From NCBI RefSeq assembly GCF_009914755.1, contig NC_060929.1: a DNA stretch of 64,000 nt; one strand, given 5' to 3'. The notes under the pieces are model-generated. The model did not search any database. It saw nothing but the letters and a program-made list of their open reading frames with translations, and was not told the DNA's origin. The DNA is from the human T2T-CHM13v2.0 reference genome, Homo sapiens. Made by a program: the position numbers and the translations under genes. This document shows positions 30,280-45,539 of this stretch, in pieces; the first letter of the stretch is position 1; the number at the start of each line of letters is the position of its first letter.

Positions 30280-30849
30280 TACTGTGTGGGCAACTGTCCA
30301 TCAACTTTTCAGTAACAACTATAATACAAAATTATGAGTAGTTTTTAGGTTTACTCCATCTCATAACCTTCACTTAGGAATTGACAAAAAATCCTAACCA
30401 AGAATTCAATGCTTTTGAAAATACTATTACTGCATGGAATTAAAGGAACTGGATAATAACAACTACAAATAAAGAGAAACTATGGATTTATCAGGGTTAG
30501 TTCATAAACAACCAGACAGCTGCCCAATAGAGACTAACTTAAACAGCATGCCTTTCCATAAGAATATGCTACCACTAAAATCCTGAGCTGGTACCTACAA
30601 TCCATAAAAATCAAAGTATTTCAGGCCTGAAAAGCTGACAGAAAAAATCCCAGAAGAAGAAAATGATACTGATTAGAAAGTGATGTGAGACTTATCTAAA
30701 GTTACACGACCAGTTAGTAGCAGGGGCACTGAATTTTGGTCACATTGATCTTTTAGATTAGGTAAAATGCACCTAATATGTATTTTCAAAATATAAACTC
30801 CTCAGCTAAATTGGACAAAAAGTTGATAAACTTTTTTCTAAAAATTATC

Positions 30850-31430
30850 AAGCATTTGAAGTGTTTCTATTAAGAGTTGGGCACTGAGGTTACAAAGGCA
30901 AAAGAAAAGAAAGCATGGTCTCTGCCTTGAGTATGGGGAGAAAGGAAATGAAAACTATGAGAATATCCAGTGTGAGCAGTGCTGGTGTAGGAGTATGTGC
31001 AAGGTACTAGGGCATCAGGAAAGTGTCCAGAGGGGAGGAGCTATATGGAAACAGCCTAGAAAAAAATGAGAGGGTGCTCACCAGACAGGTAAGGGCGAGA
31101 GAAAGGCACTTACTGGGAGCTGCATGTGCACAGCACCGATGCTTGGAGCAGCCTGGGACGCTGCAGTGAAAGAGGAATGCAGCAAGAGATAATGCTGGAG
31201 GGGGAGTGGAGTCACCGTGCCAGACAGGCAGGGCCTTAAATTAAATGCCCCTAGAAGGAGTCTGAACTTATCTGTAAGGAACAGGCAACTGTTGAAGGAT
31301 TTTAGGAAGAGCTGCCTGCTCAGTTCTGTGTTATAGAAAAATGACTTCAGTGTCAGTGCCGAGAGTCCTGGAGGGGGCAAGCCTGCAGATTAGAATACTA
31401 GGATAATAATCCTGGTTAGAGATGAAGTAG
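30850..31430 (-). mobile_element. L2 fragment
   Basis: caagcatttgaagtgtttctat...ggcactgagg...catggtctctgccttgag; purine-rich L2 body. Confidence 0.5.
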
Positions 31431-32844
31431 CTTAGGAAACCAAAAAGGGAGAGAGGGATAAGCCGCACTGATTTCATCCTTTGCCTATAATAAATATAAA
31501 ATTGCCAACACATTTTCAGAAGAGGAAACACCTCCCCAACAATTTTATCAGTGACTTTCATCCTGTTTATTACTGTGAAGTAAAGTCAGCTTAAGACTAC
31601 ATCACATAAGATTGAACAAATAAAGCCCTCTCTTGAAAGCATCAACCTCTAATGTAGAATATTTTGTTAAGCTTCTCATTTCTCAGAAAGAAGTTCTGAA
31701 ATTTTATAAATAAATGCAGAATTCTGATATTTAAAGGAAATGCAGCCACATCGTTATGAAAATGCTTCCCTTCACCCCATCTACTTTCTCACTTCCTTCA
31801 TTTATACTACAAATTTGGACCTGTGGATGTTTTAAATAATAGACAACAGGTGTACTAAACAATGTCACTTGCCATAATATTGAATAGATGCCCAATTAAC
31901 ACCAACATTAAGTATAAATGCTCTTTCAAGTATCTGGTATATCACTGATGTGAATGTTTTAAATAATTAAACACAAAGCTCATCTATCTAGAATTTTCCA
32001 AGCAACAGTTTCACAAGTAAATATTCAACTGAGAGTTACATCAGACAAACATTTAATGCTTATTAGTCAATCTAGAAACTTGTTCAATTTACTTTTTCAC
32101 TTTATTAGGTGACAGGGATCCAAATGTTTGAAAAAGTAATAGGTCCAAAGAGTCCTTCTACCTACCCATCTTTTTTTCTCCCATCAGTTAGAGTCATCGA
32201 TAATCAATGGCATAAATTTAGTAATGACTCATTTACATATTTAAACTGGCATTTTGAAATGACAATGAGAAGCTGACAGTTAACTGTTCTCTAAGGAAAT
32301 GCCCTTTCTCTCCATATGGCTTCCACTCTGAGACTAAGAATTAAAGAGATTTTTCAATTTATGGAACAAGAGAGAGTCTCTCCAGCTGAGACTCCCATGT
32401 CATTTCATTTAGAATGCAAATCTCAACATTTTAAATGTCATTCCTACTGATGCTAAGAAGGCAGTTATAAAATGAAAAATCACCCTCACCATAGAGCTTT
32501 GGTAAATTAAAAAGTAAAGGACTTTAAGACTTTAAGGGAAAATAAGTTTTCTCATGTTAGCTAGGCCGCATGTATGGTGGGAAATACCCTCAAGAAGCTA
32601 TGTTACCTTAGCTCCTCACCTTAAAATGAAAATACTAATTCCTGTTGCAAAGATTACATAAAATAATGCATGGTCTGATTGTAAACTATAAAGGTTTGTG
32701 TAAACATATGCCATTATTACTTTAGACTTCCACTGATATGTTGACTCAAAATAAAAAGACTGTAAAATGATCCTGTGGGCCAGAGGAAAAATCAAAAGTA
32801 CCCTGAAAAACATAGTTACTAAAAATGCACGTGAACGAATTAGT

Positions 32845-33640
32845 TTACAGATTCAACACAATCCTTATAAAACTCTCAGCTGTGTTTTTTGAAAAGATCG
32901 AAAACTAATCCTAAAATTCACATGAATACTCAAGGGACCAACCACAGACTAAAAACCTTGGAAAAGAAGAACAAAGTTGGACAATTCGTACTTCCCGATT
33001 TCAAAACTTAGAACACAGCAACAGTAATCAAGACAGTATGGTACTAGTATAAGGATAGGCACACAGAGCAATGGAAAGGACTTGAGAGTTCAGAAATATA
33101 TTCTTACATTTATGGTCTATTGATTTTTGACAAGGGTGTCAAGAAAATGGGAAAACAGACGAGTGCTTTCAACAAATGGCTGTTGACAACTGAATATCCA
33201 CATTCAAAAGAATGAAGCTGGATCCTTTCTTCACACCATACACAAAAATTAACTCAAGTGGATCATAGACTTAAATATAAGAGCTAAAACTATAAAACTC
33301 TTAGAAGAAAACATTTAAATTATTTCTGACCTTTGGTTAGACAAAGACTTTTTAGCGACAATATCAAAACACAAGCAATAAAAGGCCACAGAATGTACAA
33401 TATCCATAGCAGGCAAGTCTAGAGAGGCAGCAAACTAGTGGTTGCCTAGGGCCGGAGTGGTTAGGGGAAATGAGGATGACTGCTAATGGGTACAGGGTTT
33501 CTTTTTGAGGTGATGAAACTATTCTAAAATTGGTTGCAATGATTGTTACACGACTCTGAATATATAAGACCATTGAATTGTATGCTTTAAATGGGTTAAT
33601 TATGTAGTACGTCAATTATATCTCAATAAAGCTAGTTAAA
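32845..33640 (+). mobile_element. L1MB-like ORF2 fragment fused to its 3'UTR (internal deletion near 33385)
   Basis: acagattcaacacaatcc...acagtaatcaagacagtatggtactag; 3' end gactgctaatgggtacagggtttct...tatctcaataaagct. Confidence 0.75.
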
Positions 33641-33679
33641 TATAACTTAAAGAAATGTATGTGAAAAGCCGCATTGAGT

Positions 33680-33903
33680 AGTGGTCATGACCTTCATTTG
33701 TTAAACATGAGTTTGAATTCAGGTCCTACTAACTGTGGAATCTTGAGCAAATAACAATAATTCTGAGCCTGTTTTTCTCATCTTCAAATTCTATAATAAA
33801 AATTCCTTTCTCAAAGGAATGAGTATTAAATGAGATCATGCAGACTAAGTGCTTACTTGGCACAGCCTAGTATACAGTAAGCACTCAATAATATTAGCTA
33901 TTA
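33680..33903 (+). mobile_element. MIR
   Basis: gagtttgaattc...aactgtggaatcttgagcaa...ctgagcctgttttt...taagcactcaataatattagctatt. Confidence 0.7.
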
Positions 33904-34084
33904 AAAGAAGAGATATGTGGGCCTAGACTGTAGGTAGTTGCTAAAAACAAAACAAGACAAAAACCAGTAAGTTGGTTGAGGCATTTCTGTAAATGTTATT
34001 TTTTAAATTATATATAAACTTAATAACAAACAGGGTGCTTCCAAATAGGCAGGCTCACTTTGAAATACTCAGTACAAAGCGAAA

Positions 34085-34790
34085 GAAGGTCATAATCATA
34101 GGTCACAGAGGCTGGATTTACCGTTTCACCTAAAACAGCTAGAAATCCAAATACATGAAATAATGATTTTCAGACATCATATAACAGCATAAGAATACAA
34201 TCCATGAGTAAAGGGCAACAAGCAAGGTGAGCCTACATTTACACCAACTTGCTGCCTGGAGGCAGTCTATATGCTGCAGAACAGGAGGGAAAATCCAAAC
34301 TGCACCCAGTGGTCTCACCGAGTTGAGGAGAGAGAGAACAAAATTCAGGGAAGCCAAGGCAGATTAAATTTGTGGTGCAGAGGGAAGAGGAAGGAATGCT
34401 TTAGATAAAAGGAGCTCCAGAGATGTGAAGAGTAGGCTAATTTAAATTAGCCCTAGTCTAAAGACTCCTCTAGTCATGCCAAACAAAGAAAGCTTAAAGG
34501 CAAGCTTCCAAAAGAGCCAAACTCAACTGCAAGCCACAACAAAGTATAGGAAAACAATACAGAAACCAGTACCGAACAAGTTAATATATCTGGCATCCAA
34601 TTAAATGTAACTAGGCTTGCAAAGAAGCAGAAAACAGTTCCATAACCATGAGAAAAATCAATCAATAAACCCAGAAATGACAGAGATGATGGAATTGGCA
34701 GATAAGAATTTTAAAAGTTATAAATATGCTCCATGTGTTAAAATGGAACTTCTAGAGGTGAAAAATACAGTACGAATACAATATGAAAAA
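34085..34790 (+). mobile_element. Old L1M 5'/ORF1-region remnant
   Basis: ccagaaatgacagagatgatggaattggcagataagaattttaaa is an L1M ORF1-like motif. Confidence 0.5.
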
Positions 34791-35724
34791 TGCAATACCA
34801 CTCCACTTTTTGGTGATGACACTAAGACAGAGGCAAGGTTTGGTGCCAACTCACATAGTGGCAGAGCCTAGAGGGAACCCAACTTTCCTGGCTCTGATCC
34901 AGGGCTCTTTCCACTATGCTGCAGAGAAATAACACAATCTGACAGACACTTTAGTTGGTTACTGGCTGCTGTATGCCTGGGCCTTAGGTGGAATGTAGAG
35001 GCAGCAAGAGTAGAAGTAGGAGTCTGTTATAATAGACATGGTGATAAACAAGTGATGGTTTGGACCTCAGTGGTAGAAAGGAAGATGGTAAGAAACGGTT
35101 GGATATTAGGTATATTTTAAAGAGTTGGTAGGGTTGCCAATGGGTTGGATGTAGCATTTGAAAAGAGGAAAATGCAGGAAGACTTCAAGTTTCTGACTTG
35201 AACCTCTAGCAAGGGAGTAGCCATTTACTGTAATGGAGAAAACTAAGGGAGGAGCAGCCTGGGGAGAGGAGTCAGGAATTCGGTTCTGTATGTGATAAGC
35301 TTGGGATGCCATCAGACATGGAAGTCAAGTATGCAGTTACTGCATATAGCTGTCTGAAATTCAAGGGAGACATTGAGGTCAGAGATATGGAAAGAGTAAA
35401 GATGGTGGACAAATGACTAAAATTTGGAAGCTCTGGGCTTTAAGGGTCTTTAGATAAGAGGAATCTGTGATCCAATAATGTGGCATCATGTTCCTCAGGC
35501 AAAGCAGTCTCTTGCCAGTCTCACAGAGAGTCCTTCTTATCATTATGGCTTCTCACACTATTTGTCAGGATTATCCACTTTCTTTCCCTGTGTTTCTGCA
35601 TTATCTATCTCGCATAGCTACTGTGAGCATTACATAAGCGATATGAATATCTGGTAAGCACTCCATACGTGTTAGCTGTATCTTATCTGAAACAGATAAT
35701 CCTGTTTCTCAAAAGTAATATGGT

Positions 35725-36180
35725 TTCACTTGTATGTGAATGTTCATAATGCCTTTACTTACAATAGCCTCAAACTAGATACAACCTAAATGTCCATCAA
35801 TTAATGAACGGATAAACAAATTGTGGCACCTTCATACAATGAAATGTTAGTAATAAAAAGGAACTACTGATATATGTAAAAGTATGCATGAATTTCACAT
35901 GCATGACATTGCTCAAAAAATGTCAGATGCAAAAATAATACATGTTGTATGATTCCATTTATGTGAAATACTAAAAGACAAGTCTAATCTGCAGTGACAG
36001 AAAGCAGATCAGTGGTTGCAGGGGACTGGGTCTGGGGTAGCAATTGACTAGGAAGGGGCACAGGAAACTTGTGTTATGAAAATCAATCCTGATTTTGGTG
36101 GTGGTTAAAGGGGTATATAAATTTGTCAAAACTCATTGAAATATACACTTTAAATGGGTTCCTTTTATTGCATGTCAGTA
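35725..36180 (+). mobile_element. L1ME-like 3' end
   Basis: acaacctaaatgtccatcaa...tgtatgattccatttatgtgaaat...gaaagcagatcagtggttgc...tttgtcaaaactcattgaa. Confidence 0.75.
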
Positions 36181-37091
36181 AATCAGAGAATACTGCATAT
36201 CGGTTAGCTCTTCTCAAAAGTAATATGGCTTCACTTGTATGTGAATGTTCATAACGCCAATGTGTCCTCTTCCAAACAAATTGTCTCCCATGTTACTTTA
36301 CAATCCTAAGTAGGGCTCTACTTTTTATCTTGAGCTACCTCAAGGGGAGTTCTGTAGGGTGTTTTTTTAATCTAATTAAAATATGAAATAGGATCATATT
36401 TTTGACTTATCTTGGTAGGCTGATTGCTTTATGGCTGGTCTTAGGATTTTAATGGTTTTTCTTTTTTCTTCTTTATTCTCCCACTTAGGTTCAGATTATA
36501 TATTTCTTAGTGACACTATGGTTTCATTGTAGCTTTGAGGCTTTCAGTGCTATTCAGTTTCTTTAATGCTTGGCTTTGGTTATGCTGCCATTTCAATCTC
36601 ACAAAGGCTCTCTTTCAAAAATTGTGTTCCAGAGTTACTGTTTCCAAGAAGAATAAATATATTGCAGGTTTTATGCTTATGTCATGAGAATCTACTTTGC
36701 TATGAGACAAGGAATCTAGAGGTCATAGTCTTTCTGTTCCATTTACCTTTGGTTCAAGTGACTCTTTCAACCCTTTAAAAGTTAGATGACTTTTCTCTCT
36801 TGCCTCTCCAAGTTCAATTTCTGCTAACACTGAATAAGGGAGAATAGTAGATTATGTTTAAGATGTATATAAATTTGTAGTTCTTTAGATAAGCAAACTA
36901 CCATATTCTCCATTAAATCTGACAACCTTTTGTTGTTTATAGTTGTTGCTGCTGTTGCTTAAGGACGACTGAGCAAAGCGCCTGCAAGCAATTTTAGGTC
37001 ATACATTTCACTGATAACTTCAGTTTTGACTAATTCTCTAATAACACAGTACATGGAACAATGAAGGTGTTTATTCTAGCATTATATAAAA

Positions 37092-38075
<984 letters not shown>

Positions 38076-38174
38076 CTAAAAGAAATAATTAGAAACAATC
38101 TAAATAGTCAACAACAGAACAATAATTAAATTAATTAAATAAATAATGAGATTACAACAAATATAAATCTTTTT

Positions 38175-40150
<1,976 letters not shown>

Positions 40151-40354
40151 GTACCCATAGAGGAATGGCATGATGCAGATATATCACTGGGAAAATAGAA
40201 ATAATATCCCTTGGTTATGGGATTAGAGATCATTTTGATCTTATTTTTGTATATTTCTATATGTTTCCAAATTTTCAACAACAAGAGTATCTTTTATATA
40301 ACCCAAAAGAAGTTATTTTTAAAGAAAAAATATCTTTAATAAAATATACACATA

Positions 40355-41008
40355 TCCTCAAAGACCTAAAGACAGAAATACCATTCAACCCAGCAGTCTC
40401 ATTACTAGGTATATACTCAAAGGAATATAAATCGTTGTATTATAAAGACACATGCACCTGTATGTTCACTGCAGCACTGTTCACAATAGTAAAGACATGG
40501 ACTCAACCTAAATGCCCACTGATGATAGACCAGACAAAGAAAGTGTGGTATGTATATGCCATGTGATACTACACAGTCATAAAAAAAAAACTAGATCGCG
40601 TCCTTTGCAAGGACATGGATGGGACTGGAGGCCATTACCCTTAGCAAACTAACACAAGAACAGAAAACCAAATATCACATGGTCTCACATATAAGCGGGA
40701 GCTAAATGGTGAGAACACATGGACACATAGAGGGGAACAACACGCACTGGGGCCTATCAGAGGGTGGAAGTTGGAAGGAGGGGGAGGATCAGGAAAAATA
40801 ACTAATGGGTACTAGGCTTAGCACCCATAACTAGTCGGCACTAGGCTTAGTATCCATAACTATAGTGGGCACTAGGCTTAGTACCCATAACTAATGGGTA
40901 CTAGGCATGGGTGATGAAATAATCTGTACAACAAACCCCCACGACACAAGTTTACCTATGGAAAAAATCTGCACATGTACCCTTGAATTTAAAATAAAAG
41001 TTAAAAAT
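40355..41008 (+). mobile_element. L1PA13-like 3' fragment with an internal 29-bp tandem expansion
   Basis: ORF2 C-terminus (EIPFNPAVSLLGIY) and 3'UTR gggtgatgaaataatctgtacaacaaacccc...aaaataaaagtt. Confidence 0.85.
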
Positions 41009-42049
41009 ATACATATTTAAAATATTACATAAATATGGAAAATATCTGAAAATGAAAATGTTTGAAACATTTTCCAATATACATGAACATACCACTGTTT
41101 ATTCTTGGTCACATTTTCATCAGAATTTGCTGATTGTGTGCTACATGGTAGATACTGTGCTAAGTACTGAGTACACTGTTTTTGAGAAAACAGATATGAT
41201 TTCTGCCCTCAGGAAGCCTACATTTAGTGACAGAATGACAATAAACAGGCAAAGTAGCAAACAGAAATGGAATTATAAGTTGTAAAGGGCACTTTGAAAG
41301 AAAGCAATCAGTACTATGATGGACAATAACGGCAGGATAAAGCAAATCTATTTTGATATAGTGGTCAGGGAAGCTCTCTCTAAGGCATCAACATTTGAGC
41401 TGAGACTTGGGAACTCAAAAATGTTAAGCACTGGCTTTCAATATTTGTCAAAGGTATGTTCAACATAAGCAGTTTCTTATATTGAACGGTAAAAACAAAA
41501 AGCTTTAAAATTCCAAAGGGAAAATAATTTCAACAAATAGAGTAACCTCCACCACCTTCTATAATATGATATGCAGGGTCCAAAAAATCCAGTACCATAA
41601 AATATGTGGTAAAGTCATTGTAAGGTTAATGAAATGCACTGAAAGAGCTTACGGTGGTCTCACTCTGCTGACCAAATCCAGCGGGGTCCCAGCCGCAGTT
41701 TGGAGCTACTTGATCATAGCTTTCTGTTCTACCTTAACTATTGATGGGGATGATTCTGGGTCCCTTTTATAGGCTAAAGTTCCTTGGCAGAAGCAGCAAT
41801 TCCAAGAATCTAGTTAGCTGATGCCTTTTTTGTCAGCCTGATAGGAAGACTGGGCCAAGAGAATATTGAAAGCACAAAGCACCACCCCTTACCTCCCTGA
41901 CATTTCCCCTCACGGCCCAGTTTCTCTTCCACTTATCCTTCCCCCACACTTAAGATTTCCAGCCTACTCCTGTTTAGAATGAGGGTTCAGCAGAGGACCA
42001 GAGCAAATATACTTGAATGTGGATTATCATGGGATGGGGGGTTTATTAT

Positions 42050-42545
42050 AGGTATTAACCGCTACTTGCCCACCCAATATCTATTTCCTGCTCTTAGTAA
42101 CAGAACCCAGATTTTGTTTAGGAGGTAATGTGCCTAGTTGAATTATATGCTTCCTCGGACTCTACTGAAGTAGGCATGGTTAAGTGATGTAGTTTGATCA
42201 ATAAGATGTCAATTAAGGGATTTGGGAAAGCTCTGCTTTAATGATACAGGCACAACTTATTTCCACTTCCTTTTACATCTTCTTCCCTAGAATTTGGGGA
42301 TGAAGAGGGAGACAGGGCAATCACCTTTGGACTATGAGATAACCATGAGGATGAATGCTTTATGTGAAAAATGGTGTTGGAGAAAGGTAGAAGGTAGCTG
42401 GGGACTGACACCACCGCAGAGCTGCTGCCCCAACCTAGATAGCCTACCTCCAGATTTCTACTAGGTGACAAAGCCAACCCTTATTTGACTATGGTTAGGT
42501 TACTGTGATGACATATAGTCATCTGAAATTCTAACAGATACAGCT
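42050..42545 (+). mobile_element. Old MaLR LTR (MLT1J/K-like)
   Basis: agtaacagaacccagattttgtttag...ggcatggttaagtgatgtagtt...gcctacctccagatttct...ctaacagataca. Confidence 0.55.
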
Positions 42546-43279
42546 GTCTACCAGGAACATAAATTTAACGTCTTTAGATGAATCCAAAGTTTTTAAGGTT
42601 TTAATGTTAAAAAGTCCAACTCTCATGTCTGATAGAACAGGAATGCACAACCCTCCAAACCACATCACCCACTACAGAGTGGTAAGTACAGGTCATTAAA
42701 TGAAAGCAGCACAGAAAAGTGGCTTCAGAGAGGGAATCATTTAATGCCCCTTACCTTCATTAGCCCCATTCCCCAAGTCTTACCACATAAACGTAAATTC
42801 CAGGTAAAACTGTGCTTACCAGGTAAACACACTTCCAGACAAGTTCCTTGTTGCCCTAGATTGCCATCCCTAAACTTCTCCTACATGGCAATTCTGCCAC
42901 AGCATAATTTTCAGGGCAGCTCCACCCACAGTTAAAGTTATGATTTAGGGTTCATTACTACACATACCTTGAAACTTTTAAGCAGACACATTAAAGTAAT
43001 GCAGCTCAAGGAATGTTAACAACTTTTTCCACTTTTGCCCCAGCCAGTTTCTACTCTAATCCAAAACGGCTTCTTTATCACCACCCACTTTACTCAAATT
43101 ACGCTTACAGAATTCATTATCCTCCCGGGTAGAATCACCGAAAATAATGTGAGCATTTATATAGAAAGTGTAGTTCAGATAAAGCAATATATTAATAGGC
43201 CAAATTAGAAAAGGATAGCACGCTGCTAGTTTTCTGTATGCACTCTTGCCCGTGTGAAATTAAACTTTTTTGCATCCAT

Positions 43280-43571
43280 GCGGGGAGCGGTGGCTCAGGC
43301 CTGTAATCTCAGCGCTTCCTAAGGCCGAGGCGGGCGGATCACTTAGGGTCAGGAATTCGAGACCAGCCTGGCCAAATTGTGAAGCCCCTTCTCTACTAAA
43401 AATACGAAAATTAGCCGGGAGTGGTAGTGGGCACCTGTAATCCCAGCTACTCGGGAAGCTGAGGCAGGAGAATCTCTTGAACCAGGAGGCGGAGGTTGCA
43501 GTGAGCCAAGACCACGCCACTGTACTCCAGCCTGGGTGATAGAGCGAGATTCTGTCTAAAAAAAAAAAAAA
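43280..43571 (+). mobile_element. Alu (AluS-like, CpG-retaining)
   Basis: Dimer with poly-A; flanks ttg(c/t)atcca. Confidence 0.88.
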
Positions 43572-44961
43572 TTGTATCCAAAGTTGGAGTTTGCCTTTAT
43601 TATTGCAAATGAGATAATAACCTTTCAAGTAGGAAAACAACAAAAAGGAAAACTATATAATGAAATTTCTTTTACTCCCAGAACCAAAATAACGAGACTT
43701 CCAGATAGAAATTTGCATGGAGTCAATCAGAATTACATATTATTTTCATTTCCGAACAGAATTACTCCATCAAGTTTTCTGATATCTTCCTAATGTTTCT
43801 CAGTAAAACTTTAGCAAAGTAATAAAAATTCACCTAAGAATGATCAAAATTGCGTTGAGTCCCAAATAAATAATTTTTTTTATTTTAAGGGAAAAATTCC
43901 GCACTTTGCTTTCTTTTTTTTTTTTTTAGGTAGGCAGGGACAATCAGGAAGCAGCCCCGGATTTTCAGAAACGATCTTTAGCATCACCAAGACATAGACT
44001 AAAGAAACATGTAATGCACAACTTAGGCTGCTCCTTCATCCAAGGCAATTCAAATTTCCACGGATACCAAGTCTTCAATGGCCGGTGTCAACCATTCAAT
44101 AGAAGCATACCAGAAAATGTTGCGATTGCCTTCTTCACCACAAGAGTCTAAGTGACACAAATTTGGGCAGAAGTAATTATTTGGCCAAGCCGGGAGGCAG
44201 GAAGCTTAAATACCGCCTCTGTAGGAAGTGCGGGGGATCCGAAGCAAACACCCCAAAGTTTGTTTGTGAGTGGAGGCGCGGAGGCGCCCGGAGCCACGCC
44301 GAAGCTCACCTGGTCAGCGCACAGAGCCGGGTAGGAGTCGGGTCTAGCCCTAGTTTGCTCCTGAGCGCTTCGTTCCTCTCAGGCTACTGCGTTTAAATCA
44401 ATACTGGGTGGCAAACGATACCCATTCTTTGGGCTCTGAAGTTTGGAATTCATGGGTTCTGCGGCACAAGAAAGTTTCTTCACAGGTTATTTCCCTGTCC
44501 GAGGCTGTCGCTTAGCTCATCTCCTCCCGGTGCGGCCCTGGGGTGTCCACCAAGCCGCCGGGCAGATCGCTGCCCCGTGCTGCGGCATCTTGATGCCCAG
44601 GACCCCGAGGCTGTGGGGCAGCCCCTCCTACCTGGGACAAGCGGCCAGAACTCCTTTTCCCACAGGGAAGAACACTCCAAGCCCCCGGAAGAGTGCGCAT
44701 CCTAAGGAGATGTCTCCCAACGCCTAGACAAAGACAGCGCTGGGAAAAGTTGGACCAACTGGCACCCCCGCAAGGCGAACAGAGCAGCCCCCTCGGCCTT
44801 CGTGGCCGAGCCGGCTACGCGCTCTCGGAGTCGCGGCCAACTTTTCCCGCGAGCTTCTGAGCAACTTGCCGCAAGTTGGGGCGAGGGGGCAGAGCAGGGG
44901 TCAAGGGCGCGCGGAGGGACTGATCTCGCTCCTGTCGGTTTCCTCGTACCTCCCCGCGTAC

Positions 44962-45131
44962 CTGCTGATGTATCCGTCCCCGTCGCCGTCGCACGTCTGG
45001 AAGAGGCGCCGCATCCTCTCCTCCTCGCCGGTGCTGGACGTGTCGCTGCTGCTGCTGCTGCTGCCGCTGCCGCCGCCGCCGCCGCCGCTGCTGGAGCTCC
45101 CCGCAGCCGCTGCCGCCGCGGCCGCCATCAT
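44962..45131 (-). CDS. MCC: MCC (mutated in colorectal cancers; regulator of WNT signalling) long isoform, first coding exon (170 nt; poly-Ala/Ser/Gly N-terminus and first EF-hand)
   Basis: MMAAAAAAAAGSSSSGGGGGGSGSSSSSSDTSSTGEEERMRRLFQTCDGDGDGYIS(R) recognised as the MCC long-isoform N-terminus; EF-hand loop DGDGDGYIS; splice donor AG|GTACGC at 44962/44961; lies in a CpG island. Downstream exons are outside the window. Confidence 0.93.
45045..45093 (-). repeat. MCC: Coding compound trinucleotide repeat (AGC)2(GGC)6 AGC GGC (AGC)6
   Basis: Seen directly; encodes SS-GGGGGG-SG-SSSSSS. Confidence 0.95.
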
Positions 45132-45539
45132 GCGCCCGCTCCCTACTTGGGAGGAGGAGTACGCGCGACCGCAGCTGGAATCCGCGCGGCGCGCAAGCTG
45201 CCTGCAGCCCCGAACTTGCCTGACAACGGAGCATGCCCAGTGGCCGCCGGGGCGCTCCGGGCGAGGGATTCCACCTCTCCGGGTTTTGCCCGGACTGGGA
45301 AGATGGGCGCTCTGGAATCGCCCGAGGAGGCACCTCAGGGAAGAGGGAGGAGGGGAAGGTGGCTGGAAGAGTCAGGGAGCTAAGGGTGGCAACGGGAACA
45401 CAAGAGGAGGCAGAATACACTGGAAGCCCCCGGGAAGGGTGTCAGCATTGTGCATCCGGCAACGACGCGGGCCCGGGACACTTGGGGACGCTTCAGGCAG
45501 AGGGCAGGTGTACTCCCGGCAGACCTTCTCCGACCGCCC

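Noticed and set aside
44901-44961. Read-through tail YAGRYEETDRSEISPSARP of the 76-aa ORF
   Set aside because: It is intronic, beyond the AG|GTACGC donor; the EF-hand is expected to continue in the next exon.
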